Assembly (NCBI GenBank): GCA_951406725.2
Contig: OX597828.1
Coordinates: 75,702,001-75,766,000 of the forward strand
Direction of reading: 5' to 3'
Length of the DNA: 64,000 nt
Source of the DNA: Octopus vulgaris
Taxonomy: Eukaryota
Below the pieces are notes generated by a model that saw only the letters and a list, made by a program, of their open reading frames with translations, searched no databases and was not told the DNA's origin. Made by a program: the position numbers and the translations under genes. The stretch's first letter is position 1; the number at the start of each line of letters is the position of its first letter. This document shows, piece by piece, positions 1 to 14,345 of the stretch.

Positions 1-558
1 AAGAGAAGACAAAACGCACATAGATGAAAGTAAACTGTGTACTTAAATCGGATGCTCTACCGATTATATTATTGCATTCTTCCCAACCACGGAAACAGTG
101 ATATCTCTAATACACAGAGGAATCTACACCTTGAGGGTTGCTTATATTTGTTATATACATCACTGGTGTTCTATTTCATCAAATCCATAAAGTCAGCTCG
201 AGAAGAAATTGAACACAGGACTATTAAGGAACGTGTCATTCAATGACTTTTACGTGTAATCATGTTTTCTCTCCCGATTCAAATACGGTCCACGTTAGAT
301 ACGTGTATAACATTAAACTCTTTTCACTTATAATTTTTTTTTTGTTAGGCAAGGACGGACAAGGCCGGAACTTTTCGAGGATGGCTTACTTGGTTGTTAA
401 CCTCCCCACATCATGACTGGTATCTTTCTTTTATCATTTTCAGAACACATCAAAGACAGAGTTAAACTCGGCGGTATTTCAACGTCGGCTATAGAGAGTC
501 GAAACAAATACCACAAAGTCTTCTATATGACACCCTGACAACTCAACACATGTAGTAA

Positions 559-599
<41 letters not shown>

Positions 600-630
600 A
601 AAGATTTCTTAAATTTTTTATGTTGATGTT

Positions 631-680
<50 letters not shown>

Positions 681-690
681 TGTGTATATG

Positions 691-731
<41 letters not shown>

Positions 732-3700
732 ATGTATGTATAATTGCATATCTGGAGGTGATGCACTTAGTCATCGAGACCCTTTCAAAGAAGATTTAAC
801 AATGAAAGTGAAGCCGGTTGTTCTGAGCAAAGAATCGAAACTAAGGAACACAATGACCGGCACCTAAGCTTGTTATTGTACTTGTACCTGTTCCTTTAGG
901 ATATTTGCTGTTCATTTTATTCAGATAAACGAGACAACACTTCGTTCAGTTTGCGAAAACATTCGAACGCCAGTAGGGCGAACGAATTATGGCATAAAAT
1001 TACGAAAATTTGCCTTCCGTGTTCGAATTCAGGGAAAGTCGATTTCCCAGGGGGTTTTTTCCCCACGAATTTCCTTTCTTTTTATTATTACATTTGATTC
1101 ATTTATTGATTTTATTTCTTTACTGATGTTTATCCTCCAGGGTCGATAAACACAAATATCATTGAAATGTATCAGATGGTGTGGTTTGAAATCGACCGAA
1201 TTCCTCCCCTAGTTTCCTGGATCTCTCTGTTAAGTTACAAGTCAATATAAATAAAAATTATTGTTGTTGTTGTGGCTGTTTTTGTTATTGTCAATGGATT
1301 GTTGTTGTTGTTGCTTAACTATACGTCAGCCGCAATCAAAATCTTCCGGTAGTGACGAGTCCATCCAGTTTTTAAGAGAATTTTTTTGGTTCAGTGATTC
1401 TGTACATGGAATCATATGGCAATCCATAGTTTGACACAAGTGGGATTTAGAAGGCGATTTTGGCAGCTATTTCTTGCACATAAATTGACCACATAAAGCT
1501 GGTTCCAATATTGGTATATAAGTAAAATATCAGGATAGAAAGCAAAGTAAAAGACGTGTAGATTGGTAAGAAGAATGGTAAAGTAAAGAATGGCTGATTC
1601 TCAGACTCTAAGAAGTAGCACCACAAGTGCATCATCGCGATAATTGAAGTGATGTTATGATATACGTCATACGGTCTTTCAACGTTCTACCGAGAATCGA
1701 AAGAGGTTTCACGTGGTGCTACTGCAGCTGTAGATGTTACTGCTGTTGTTCATGCTGCTGCTGCTGCTGCTTGCCGGGAAACCAAATAATTCTTTACAGT
1801 GTTCGTCATTCTGTCTCGGTTCTAATGCTAAAGATAGGAAGAACATCGCTCAAGATTCTATCAAGATGACGAAGAGGAAGGACAAATATTAAATTCTTCT
1901 ATCATAACAGTTTTTTTTTTTTCTTTTGTTGATATGAAGCCCCTAATGAACCTTGATTTAAAAGAACTCTGATCAAAGGCAATCCATCCATGAAAACCAT
2001 TTTTATTCATCACATACCTAGAGCGGCATTATGCAATGTCGCCATTCCTGTTAAATGCGAAAGAGGGAGTGTTACAACGGACATTTCGCTGCTATTTCTA
2101 GATAGTGACTTGCTGCTTATTGCTGACTTTGGTTTTGTTATTGTTATGAGTGAGAGTTTCTCATTATCCACATTATCGCATCATTTGTAGCTCGTTGTTA
2201 ACATTGTCGTACGTGATGTGTTTGAGGATGATAATGATGATGGCGATACTGATGCTGTAGGATTTTAATATTCTTGTTGTAGTTGTCGTTATTGCAGATG
2301 TTGTTGCTATGGTTCGTGTTGTTGATTTCCTAGTGGTTGTTATTGTAGGTGAGCGTAAACTCGGCTATTAAGTGTTTGATCTACGATGGTGGCGCGTAAT
2401 AAAGTCAACATCACACAAACACAGACGAAGATGTCAGTGAGCGTGTATGCAGAAAGCAACAGAAAACAGCGTACATAATTTTGTGTGCATGTGTGTTTGT
2501 GTAGAAAATATCTATATTATCGACGGTTACACATATATTATGAACGGTTAAAATGTTTAAATTGAATCTTATTTTTTAAAAATTTTATTTTATCATTTTG
2601 CATTTGCAAGTGAACGAAATTACCCAACAGGAATCGAACCATCTATTTATCGCACACCGCTCGACTGTACTACCGATTGGAGACACTGTATATTATGTAT
2701 ATTATATAAATACACACATATACACATGCATATACATACATGTGCTACATGCACTCGTATATACATAAATACATATATGTATATACGTATATGTGCACTG
2801 CACACATGCGTCATTGCATATACATACATTAATATACATGTGTATTTATACATGCTTGCATAAATGTATATGAATGAATATATCTGTGCGCTCGTGTGTT
2901 TAAATCAAAGTTTAAAGCACTCCTCATCGAAACTTCGCTGAGTGCGTGTGTGAGTGTGCCTATGTGTTTAGGTGTGCGTGTTTTGCTAAACACACACTCA
3001 CACAGACAGACAAACACACGCGAAGAGAAGTGTTATTGTATTGCTGCTTCTTTGAACCACAAGTGTACGCCACCCTCGTAATCGACACACTCTTCCATAA
3101 GTGTACACTACAATATATACACCTACCCCGCAGTGTGTCTAACCCAGAAAACCTTCACGGTTGTCATTTTTGGCACTGTCACTTGTGATGCGTTCTGTTG
3201 AAACAACCTACTGCTAGTTGGAAATAATTCATCATCAAAACAACACATGACTAACATACATAGTATACTCTGAGAACAACTACACACACACACACATACA
3301 CACACATTGGAAATGAGAGATCTACACACACAGGCTGCATGAACATTTCCATGCGCGCGTGCGCACACAATACACACACACACACACACATATATATATG
3401 TCCATATACAAAATACTAAAGGTCGTTACTTGTTACGTTAAGGATTTTTAATTGTAAAACACTTGTAATAATAATAATAATAATGATAATTTTGGCACAA
3501 GGCCAGTAAGTTCTAGGGGAAGGAACAAATCGATTACATTGACCCAGAAGGCAACGTAAAGGATGAAAGGCAAAGTCGACCTCAGCAGAATTTGAACTCA
3601 GAACGTAACGAGTTGGAAGAAACACCGTAAGGTAGCGTTGTGTCCAGTACACCATCTCCCCTGAATAATTGTAGTAGTCCAATAAACGTAGATGGCTATA

Positions 3701-4469
3701 TATATATATATATAATATGTATATATAATGTATATACATAATATAGATATAAATATAATATATATCGGAGTTGAACCGATAGAGTCATGAGTACTTGGTC
3801 ACCCGACGGTTTCTAAAGCGCAAAAGTGGAGTTTGGTAGGATTTGAACTCGGGTCGTAAACTACCCTAATATCTCGATTCTCTACCGACTCGGCCACCAT
3901 CCTCCACCCCACTCAGTTCCTCATAATATTGATGTCTTTCTCTCTTTCTCTGTCTCTCAGCTATGTTGTTATATATCCACGGACCACGGTGGCAATAGCA
4001 GAAACAATCAATAGAGGAAAGAACCATTTATGTCACCCAGTACATGGCTGGTACTTTATCAATATTATTGACCTTACTGGGATTCGAACTCAGAACATAA
4101 AGTAATATAGCTAAACAATTTTTGGTAGCCATACCGACTGTATCACCCGACTATCTTATAAGCACTCGTTGATAGGAACGGGGAGCATACTACTATCACA
4201 ACTACAACCACTTGTAACTGTTTGTAATTTAGACAGAAGGGCAACAGCTTTGAGGAGAATACAATCGGTCCAAGAATTTCCCTGGTATATTATTTCATCG
4301 ACATCGGCGGGAGAAAGCGCAGAGTTTCCTCCGTGAAATCTGAACTCAGAATGATAAGAAAAAAAGAAAATGACGAAAGAAATACAAGGTATTTTCCCCC
4401 GATGGTTAAGCGATTCTGTCAGTTGGCTGTCGTGACGGTGAATGATTCTGAGAATAATTCTTTCTGCTG

Positions 4470-5198
4470 TAGGTACAAGGCCTGACATTTTTGGATAGGG
4501 GGATAGTCGTTTACATGAACCCTGGTGCTTAACTGGTGTTTGTTTTTTTCACCCCGAAATGATGACAGGCGAAGTCGACCACGGCGGGTTTTGAACTGAG
4601 AACGTAAAGAGCCGGAGGGAATACTGCTAGGTATTTTGTCAGACGCGTTAACCATTCTGCTAGTTCGCCTCAACCAAAATAATAACGATCGTTTTAATTT
4701 CTTTATGTAGTTGTAGTAGTAGTAGTAGTAGTAGTAGTAATAATCCTTTGTACAACAGGCAACAAGGCTTGGACATTTGGGCGAGTGGGGCTAGCCATTT
4801 TCATCGATTCCAATACTTGACAGGTACTTATATCATCGACCCTGAAAGGGTGAAAGGCAAAGACGACCTCAGCGGAATTTGAACTTCGATTGTATAGTCG
4901 GACGAATTGTCGCTAAGCGTTTTGTCCGGTGTACAACTGATTCCGCCAGCTCGTCACAATAATAATAATAATAATAATAATAATCTTTCTACTGAATGCA
5001 CAAGTTCTGAAATTTGGCGGGGAGGGTACTTGTCGATTACAACCACCCCAGTACTCAACAGGTACTTCATTTATCGACTTTGGGATGCTGAAAGGCAAAG
5101 TCGACCTCGGCGGAATTTGAACTCAGAACGTAAAGGCAGACGAAATACTGCCAAGTATTTTGTCCGGCGCGTTATCAATTCTGCCAGCTCGCCGCCTT

Positions 5199-5236
<38 letters not shown>

Positions 5237-5616
5237 TGGATGATCCTTTGTACTATAGGCACAAGGTCTGAAGTTTAGGTGTGAAATGGGTCGATAACAT
5301 CGACCCCAGTGTTCAACTGGTAGTCATTTCCTTGTCTCCAAGGGGATGAAAGGCAAAGTCGACTATGCCAGCTTGCCGTCTTAATAATAATAATAATGAT
5401 AATCTGTTCTAGTCTAGGCGCAAGGCACTAAGTTTGGGGAAGGGAGCCAGTCGATTAGATCGACCTCAGTACGCAACTGGTGCTTAATTTATCGACCCCC
5501 GAAAGGATGAAAGGCAAAGTCGACCTCGACGGAATTTGAACTCAGAACGTAAAGACAGACGAAATGCCGCTAAATATTTTGCCCGGCGTGCTAACGATTA
5601 CAGCCAGCTCGCCGCC

Positions 5617-5617
<1 letters not shown>
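4470..5617 (-). mobile_element. Head-to-tail cluster of about 5 tRNA-derived SINEs (family A, Nin-domain-like core) separated by (AAT)n
   Basis: Repeated block TCGACCCC..GAAAGGATGAAAGGCAAAGTCGACCTCG.CGGAATTTGAACTCAGAACG...GCCAGCTCGCCGCC. On the minus strand this gives a tRNA-like head with B-box GTTCAAATTCC. Confidence 0.85.
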
Positions 5618-5664
<47 letters not shown>

Positions 5665-8600
5665 TAATAATAATAATAATGTCTCTAAATTGGGGGATAT
5701 TAGAAGGACATTACATTCGATTCATATGTATTTCTTTTTCTAAAATAGTTAATATTTTCTAGATATTGGGAATATAAAAAAAAAAACACGGCAGAAATAT
5801 TATGTTTATGTGTATGTGTGTATATATATGTATATATAACATAATGTATGATATCGTATAACGGAGTGAAAGAATAAAACAAGAAGAAAGAATAAATTCG
5901 ATGTAAAATAAGAGCAAGAAAAAAAAAAGTAGGAGTGAGGGACAGATAAATAGATAAATGAACCCCGAAGAATTCGGCCACTTACCTAATAGTATTCCCA
6001 AGAGGAACAAAGGCAATAATTTCCAAGACATAACTTGTATGATGTAAAATTATCAACAGGAGGAGGGAAAAAATAGCCAAGCTTTCGAAAGCAACGTTGT
6101 ATTTTGCCGGTATTTATATAATGTAATTAATATATGTGTGTGTGGCTGTATATATAAGTAACTTTAAATTATATATCTTTATATATATACATACATGTGC
6201 ATGTGTCTGTTATATATTCATTTATGTGTGTTTTTATATGCATGTGCAACTTTATATTATATTTGTGTGTATATGTATTTTTTTAAAGTGTGTTTACATA
6301 TATATATATGCGTGTGTGTATGTGTGTGAGTGTGTGTTTACGTTTCTATGAGTGTGTAAAGGCACAACCACTTGGAGAGAGGGAGAGAGAGAGAGAGAAA
6401 AAAAAAGGAAGAGAAACGACCGCAGAAATTAGGAAGGAGAGGAGTGTATATAACAAGTGTGTATTATGTTTGACTGTCTTGCTGAGTTCTATAATTATAT
6501 ATATATATATATATATAAGTTCAGGTATATATATATATATATATGTATATAAATATATATAAATATATATATATATATAAGTATATATTTATGTGTGTGT
6601 GTGTATGTATATAAGTGTGTGCTTATAGAAATGTATATATAAACAATGGAGAGAGTGCGGCTGAGAATGTCGAACGAGAGAGAGCTGTATCTATCTATCT
6701 ATATATCTATACGTATATATTAACTATATAAACAGTATAGATAGATAAATAGATAGATGAAGAAATAGATAGATAGACAGAAAGATAGATATACAGATAG
6801 GTGCTGCGTAACGAAAATTGAAGAGAATAGTGCTGAAAAGGAGAGCAACAGAGCGTGTAATTTAAACCATGTTGTTTGTGTATTTATATATGTATATATG
6901 TCTATATATAGTTGTGTGGGTGAGTGTATGTATGTTTGTGTATATAGCTGTGTGTTTGTGTGTGTGTGTGTGTGTTTGTGTTTTAAAGTGTTAGAGTTTC
7001 AAAGAAACGTGTTGGTTGGTTTCGTTGTGTGTGTGTGTCGGCAGAGGAGCGCCGGACGATCTGGTTAAGATTGGTTTCGAAAAAGACACGCACTGGCAAC
7101 TGTAGTATTAGCACAGTTGACTGTTGTGTTGTGTTGATGTTGCTCTTGTTGTTGTTGTTGTGATGGTGGTGGTGGTGGTGGTGGCAATGATGGAGGTGGT
7201 GATGTTATCGTTGTAGCGTGGTGGGGAAGGTGTTGTTGTTGTTGTTGTGATGGTGGTGTGTGAATGTGTTGTGGTGGTTATTACGAGAGTAGCAGTGATA
7301 GTAAGCTTAACGGGGGTGGGGAGTGGGGAGTGGGGATGGGGGAGGTTGGTGGTGCACGGAGGGAGATGGTATCGGTGGTGGTAGGGTGAGGGTAACAGCA
7401 GGAGATGGATGGCGGTGGCGATGTTATTAGTGGTTGTGGCAAGGGTGGCGGCGTGTTGTTGTTGTTGTTGGCGGTGGTAGTGTTGCAGTGACGGTGTGTG
7501 GGTGGTGCTGGTGGTGTTAATAATAGTGTTGTTGTTGTTGGTGGTGCTGGTGGTGGTGGTGGTGGTATTGGTGGTTGTAGTGTTGCTGTAAAGGCAGCAA
7601 TAGTAAGGTCTATGTGTGTACGTATAAATCGTGTGTGTGTGTGTGGTGGCGGGTGATAATGTTATAGTTTTAGTGTAGGTGCTGGGGACTGGGGTGGTGG
7701 TGGTGGTGGTGGTGATGTCGGTGGTAGCGGCGGCGGCGGCGCTGTTTTAGTGGAGGCGGTCGTTGAACGTAACGCGTGCGTGAGTGCAGTAAATAACTTG
7801 ACTGTCGATGGTAATACAACAATATTTTCTCAGGATGTATATATATATATATGTGTGTGTATGTATATATGTGTAATCTTATGTACGACTGTGTGTGTGT
7901 GTGTTTGTGTGTGTACGTATGTATCAATGTGTGTGTATTCGTATATACCAACGTGTGTGTGTATATGTATCCGTATGTACCAATGAATGTGTGTGTGAGT
8001 GTGTGTGTATACTTACGTACCTATGTATGGGTGTGTATGTATATGTGTTTTTTGTGTATTTATATATGTATATGAATGTATGCACTACATGTGTGCGTTA
8101 TATGTATGTTAGTATGATTGAGTGTGTGGGTGTGTAACGTGTGTTGGTTTACTGGGGTTTATTAATACGAATGTGTGTAAGATGTGTGTGTGTGTGCTTC
8201 AGTGGTTGCGCATGTGTATCAGTGTCTGTATGGACGTATATGTATAAGGAAGGTGTACAGCTTGTGCGTAAGCGTTTGTCACAATGTCTGTATGTGTGTT
8301 TGAGAGAGAGAACGTCTCCACGTGTAGCTATGTGTGTTGTTTAGCCCTTGGTCAACCTTGCTCAAACTGTCGGTCATTATTGTTTATTTTGGGGTCAGTT
8401 ATGAAGGAGCAGGCTCATTATCAAAGACGAACCAACTATGACCCTTACGTCCTATCCTAGACTCCATTTACCCAAGTCTTCATTATCCTATGTCCCCTAA
8501 GTCAGTAGATTGTGATTTGAGAGGGAGAAATGTGGCTACTCTATCTAGCCTCCAGACAAATGTCCCTCGTCATTGAACTTCACATCAACCCTGGTCCAGC

Positions 8601-9288
8601 CAGCCTATGACGAAAAGTATTACAGTTATGACTGCCCTTCCATATTAAAACTATTTCTTCCTCTTTATTATGTTGCCCTCTTAACACAGTAATATTTAAT
8701 TTGAGGGTAGTTTGGCTACTATTTCTTGCATGTTTGACTTATAGACAGAGGCTCTCTCCATATGCTGTAGGTTAGATGTTTACAACTCAGCTGGATTGCA
8801 CAAAGTTGAGGACCTATTTCTCCAGCTGGACTCTACTTACGCGAAGTCAAGGACCGAACTACCATTTAGTCCAGCTGGACTGTGCTTCTGCGATGTTGAG
8901 GGACATATTGTACTCTCTCACACACAGTTGTTGCTACTGTCAGAACTGAGTCAATGATTAAAGATGTTCCAACCGTGACCATCCTTTCTGATTATATAAT
9001 ATCAAAGACTATATTACATAATACATCCGTTCTTATGTAATATATTTAGTAGTGATTTATGAGAAATTTGGTGGCCATTTCTGAGCGACCACGTACAGGC
9101 TTCCGAGCCCAGTCTTCTTGTGTAGATTCACAGTGCTCACAGTAGAGGTGGGCATGGTAAGATTGGTCACAGTACCAGTCGCAGTTGTCCTCCACCATGC
9201 ACTCAGCATTCTTCGCGTGCAGCATTCCAGCACAATTTTTACAAGGAAGGGAATGGTTACAATGATTCTTCTTTGATGCTCTGTGCTT

Positions 9289-9351
<63 letters not shown>

Positions 9352-9515
9352 ATGTATGTATGTGTGCGCACGCGCACACATTTTATGTTTGAGCTGAGCT
9401 GAGGTTGGGGTTTTTAAAATATGTCTGGCCTATTGAAGAAGCAGACGAGCTTTGGTAATTTGGGGGTTGTTTGGACATGTCATGGGAAAGAAGACCACGG
9501 TGCAGGTCGTAACCT

Positions 9516-9550
<35 letters not shown>

Positions 9551-12500
9551 CCTTTCAACAACCAGTTACCTTTATTATGTAAGTTTTGGGGCCTGAAAAA
9601 GGACAGAAAAATTTTGTCATGCATTTTTCTATCTGCTGTTTCCTAAGGAGAAATTTTGGCCTGGCCTCCTAATTTATGATGAATCTTGTATATATTTTTT
9701 TGTTTACTTTCTATTATGGTACTAATAAATGGCACTAATAAATGCTGTAAGACTCTTTGGACGCTGATTTTACGTCATTTTCTCTGTCTTGGATAAGTAT
9801 TGCAGAGGTGTTCTGAATCCTATCTAGAACTGCTGTTTCAAGTGTATTATTCTATTTACGATAAGAACATGTGACAGTCGCATTTGATATACTTATGGCT
9901 TTAGCACACTGTGATGTAATAATTTGTTTCCGAGTGTTTGAGCCAGTTTTTTTCTTGTGGTTGAAGGAAGGTTAGAGACGTGGCGCTGGGGGTTGGCGTG
10001 AGGCTGTGTTTAGATCTTCTTGACTTATGGCATGGTCGTCTAAAAACCTGTTAAAATGAATGGTTGAGAAGACAGATGTTTGAAGTACTCCGTTCACGAA
10101 ACTAACATTATTAGGTACATTATAACAGAACTCTATAGAATACGGGTTAGAACGAAATTAGACAGGCGAATCTTCACGTTTTTGTGTTGTTCAAAGTGAG
10201 ATGTTTTAGTATTTTATTGTTCTTTTGCTTAGCACTAGGCCAGTCCTTATTGAGCAGGTCTATGATCAAAGGCGTTCTTGTCATGATCAATTCAGTTTTT
10301 CAAGCATAGTGTATATTAGATTACATTATCAAATATCCCCCTTTTTTATGACATTAGGTGTGGTTCTAGAAGATTAAGCAGCTGCTATTTCTAGCAAGTC
10401 AATTCACACGGCAGTGTCTCCCTCATGAACTATTGGTGACGTCGTTATATTCTTTGTGTGAAGTTCAATAAACTGGCCGTGAGCTGTGTTAGAGGGAAGA
10501 ATCTGTTGGTTTGATGTTATTAAAGAAGAGTGTTTTTAGGTCAGTTAAAGATGTCGTACAAATGTGGGGTGTTGGACTGGTTTATCTGATGGTGCTTCGG
10601 TTTGTATTTTTCGTTAGGTGTGGAACTGTTAGATCTCTACCTAGTCTTTAGATTCTGAAGAATTTGCAGTTTTGGGATGTATAATTGAATGTCTTTGAAG
10701 ATGTCCTTTGAGAGGCTTCTTTTCATTTTGGCAGATCCCGAGGCATTGCAGCGTTGGAAAAAAAAAATTTACCGATGGAATGAAACGGTCAACGATTTAG
10801 TTGACATGGAATATACGAAGCTTGTGTTTCTTCGTGTCTCTGTTTTTGTTTCTCTTCCTTAAGAGTAACCCAAGGAATTTTATTTTATAAAGGAAATATT
10901 TGATGTTGCATTAAAGGTGTTGTGATATATATGATGCGAGCGTTGCTTTAATTGTCGAAGTTTCTAATCCTGTTATGCAGAATGTTCACCGTTTAGTTTG
11001 TGGTTGACGTTTCAGATATTTTGTGCTGTGTTTCTCAATAATTTACTTATGCAGAATTTTATTATTCATGCACTTCTTGTGTGTTTGATGTTACTATTGT
11101 TTAGCACAAGGTCAGTCCTGCTCGAGTTGACCTATGATTAAAGTTGTTCCAGGCCATAACGTTAACACTAGGTCAAGTGGAGTTTAACACCAGGTCAGCC
11201 CTGATATTATTGCGTAGCTAAAAGTAGGTAACCAAATGTCTTCTGCTTAAGGAAAGGTGTGAATTGAGAGATAATTATTAGTTGCTAATGTTAGATACTC
11301 CACAGTTGGCTCTCTAAGAAGTTTATGTATTACACAAACTAACTGAAACACCGTCTTCAGGCTCTGTGTGTGAGTATACATATACGTGTGTGTTTGTGTG
11401 TGTGTGTGTGTGTGTGTAGAAGTGCAGGTATGGCTGTACGATTAAGAACTCATCCTCACGATGTTGTGGTTTTGTGTTCACATCTCTTCAATAAGGTATT
11501 TGCCAATAGCATCTCACTGAGTGGACAGTGTCAATTTTGATTAAGTAATGGAGGACGATAGAGGGAAGGTTTTTTTTCGGGTACATCTATAGATAACGAC
11601 GCATAAACATCATTATCATAAAATTTGTGTTATCTGGTTGAGATAGCATCGATATCCCTATCATATAGCGTTGTTGTGGTCAGTAAGCCTTCACCGAGGG
11701 AACTGATGGCTCAAAAGTTGACTATCGAAGTTCTTAGACATCAGGGTGCCAATATTAAGAAATTTGTTTCACAACTACAGGGTCCCAATTTCGATTTCAC
11801 AACGCAGCACACTTGTTATGTGTGTTCCGTTATAACTGTAGCTTGTCTAAAGAGTAAAATTATGAGTAAAATTTGTTAGACAAAAACAGTAGAAGTCCAT
11901 AATAGGAAGAGTTGCTGTTCTTTGATGAGAGTATTAATCTGCATTTCATATTGACAGCTACCTGGTGACCTTTGGGTATTTTAGATGAAGCTGCTCTGTA
12001 CAAGCATTCACCCTAGATCCTAGACATGTGCACAAGATTCTCCCTTATTCCCACAAGCCTGGGGAATTCTTACAATGATAATATTTTTGATAACAGCTTA
12101 TTCCTTTGGTTAAACTTTAAGAGATGTTTTCTAAACCAGTAGTAAAGGTGACACATTCTAGTTTCAGAAAACATCTGATCTGTATTGTTTTAGTATTATT
12201 AAACCTATATTAAACCTGTCTCTTTTACTGATGATGTCATAATAGTGCTGAAACATGTGCACAATTGTCTCCGATATTTGTTTAAATATCAGAGCTAATA
12301 TTAGACAATCGGTAACTTTGCTTACTGCATAACTATTCCCGGTGAGTTCTTTTATTGGTCCCTATTATGACTAATTGATTTGCTCATTAACCAAATTTGC
12401 CTAAACATAAAATATTTTACTAAAAGAGATGTAAAATCGAAAACATAGTATTAATATCACACAGTTGTATCCAACAAATGCAGCTGTGTCCAGAAATTGT

Positions 12501-12684
12501 ATGTGTGTGTAAATCAGTTTAAGTTACAAAACTCGACTCCGTCGGTCACGAACGACCATGGGTGCACCTAAAAGGTTCCCCTCCTGGGTACAAGTTTGGG
12601 CGGAAAGTCGCCTCACCAGCGACTATGGTTGTTTTTATGAAAGACCAGCGGGAAAGGCAAAAGCCGATACAGTTTGGTACCAGT

Positions 12685-12800
12685 GACGTCGTAATGAAGT
12701 GTCTTGCTCAAGAACACAACATGCAGCCCGGTCCGGGAATCGAACTCTAAACCTCATGATCGTAAGCTCGACGCTCTAACCACTGAGCCATGCGCCTTCA
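12685..12800 (-). mobile_element. tRNA-derived SINE head (third family); related fragments near 37400-37550 and 55545-55645
   Basis: The minus strand reads GGCGCATGGCTCAGTGGTTAGAGCG (A-box) ... GTTCGATTCCCGG (B-box), then TGTGTTCTTGAGCAAGACACTT. Confidence 0.7.
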
Positions 12801-12905
12801 CATAGTTTAAGTTACAGGTATATGTACATGTCTGTGTTTGAAAATTTGTATACGAGTGTGTATGAAGGTAACAAATTTACCTGTGCCCTGTAGATGTGTT
12901 ATTTA

Positions 12906-12908
<3 letters not shown>

Positions 12909-12996
<88 letters not shown>
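12909..12996. repeat. (GT)n microsatellite
   Basis: Pure GT run. Confidence 0.98.
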
Positions 12997-12999
<3 letters not shown>

Positions 13000-13223
13000 T
13001 ATGCATTAGGTTGGTTAATAAATATGTTTTGTTTAGTTCTAAGTAAGACGTGATCGAAAATAATTGTTCTGAAAGGTATTCCAGCCATGACAATCTCGCC
13101 TTTTTTTCTTACCTCTCATTTCATTAGCTAATATGTTCTTCTTTCGTCTAAGGTGTGATTTGAGGAAGTGTTAGCTGTTGTTTCTAGCAGATCTAGCGAC
13201 CAGACATGAGTTTCACTGGTTTA

Positions 13224-13269
<46 letters not shown>

Positions 13270-13404
13270 TGAGTGTATGTAGGTTTGTGCGCGCGAGCGA
13301 TGGGTGGGTGTGTCTGCGTATTTGAGTATGTGTTTGTGAATCTGTATCTGTACTTGTGTGTGTACGTACGCGTGTGCATCTGTTTGTGTATGTGTGTCTG
13401 TATC

Positions 13405-13435
<31 letters not shown>

Positions 13436-13914
13436 TTGTGTTTCGGTATGTATGAGTATGCGCCAGTGTTTCAGTCGATGCGTGTATGTATCTGTGAACG
13501 GGATTAGATTTGTTTCTGTATGCGTGTGTGTGAAGGTATTATGTGAGCTTATCTGTGCATAATATACTTGCCACTGCGTGTGTGTGTGTGTGCGTGTGTA
13601 TGTGTATGTGTGTGTGTGTGAGCAGCTGCGTATAAATATCTGTAGCAGTGTGGTTTTGTGAGTGTAAAAGAGATGCACATCGAAGAAAAGCAGAGGGAAA
13701 GGGGGAGGAGAAAGCAAAAGATAGAGAATGTGTGTGTGTGTGTGTGTGTGTGTCGGTGTGAGTGTACATGCATTATTGTGTGTGGGTGTATCTGAGCTTA
13801 TCTCTCTCTCTATTTCCGAGTGCGTAGGCAGGTACGTTGGTGTGAGAAGGTACTTGCATATCAAGATAAGTGAATGTGTGAACGCATTTGTGGGTAGACA
13901 GACATACGTACTCT

Positions 13915-14284
13915 TTTACTCTTCTTTATATTTGTTTCAGTCATTTGACTGCGGCCATGCTGGAGCACCGCCTTTAGTCGAACAAATCGCCCCCCCCCCC
14001 ACCAGGACTTATTCTTTGTAAGCCTAGTACTTATTCTATCGGTTCTTTTTGTCAAACCGCTAAGTTACGGGGACGTAAACACACCAGCATCAGTTGTCAA
14101 GTGATGATGGTGGAGACAAATACGGACACACACAAATATATATATACAACGGACTTCTTTCCGTTTCCGTCTACTAAATCCACCTACAAGGATTTGGTCG
14201 GCCTGAAGCAATAGAAGAGGATGCTTGCCCAAGTTGCCACGCACCATGTGGCTAGTAAGCAAGCTACTTATCAAACAGCCATGA

Positions 14285-14288
<4 letters not shown>
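13915..14288 (-). mobile_element. SINE family B (tRNA head, CORE-like segment, LINE-like tail)
   Basis: Reverse complement of the plus-strand copy at 25939-26350. Confidence 0.8.

Positions 14289-14345
<57 letters not shown>

Noticed and set aside
4470-5617. Regularly recurring repeats resembling a CRISPR array
   Set aside because: The units are about 200-bp diverged SINEs with microsatellite spacers; the context is eukaryotic and there are no cas genes.
7100-7760. Poly-Pro/His/Thr-like coding potential on the minus strand
   Set aside because: GGT/GTT low-complexity sequence with stops and no supported splice structure.
10378-10400. GCTAGAAATAGCA on the minus strand, resembling the synthetic sgRNA tetraloop
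   Set aside because: A short coincidental match within a dispersed repeat; no other scaffold sequence is present.
12720-12800. tRNA gene
   Set aside because: It has A/B boxes but no proper acceptor stem and runs into a SINE body.
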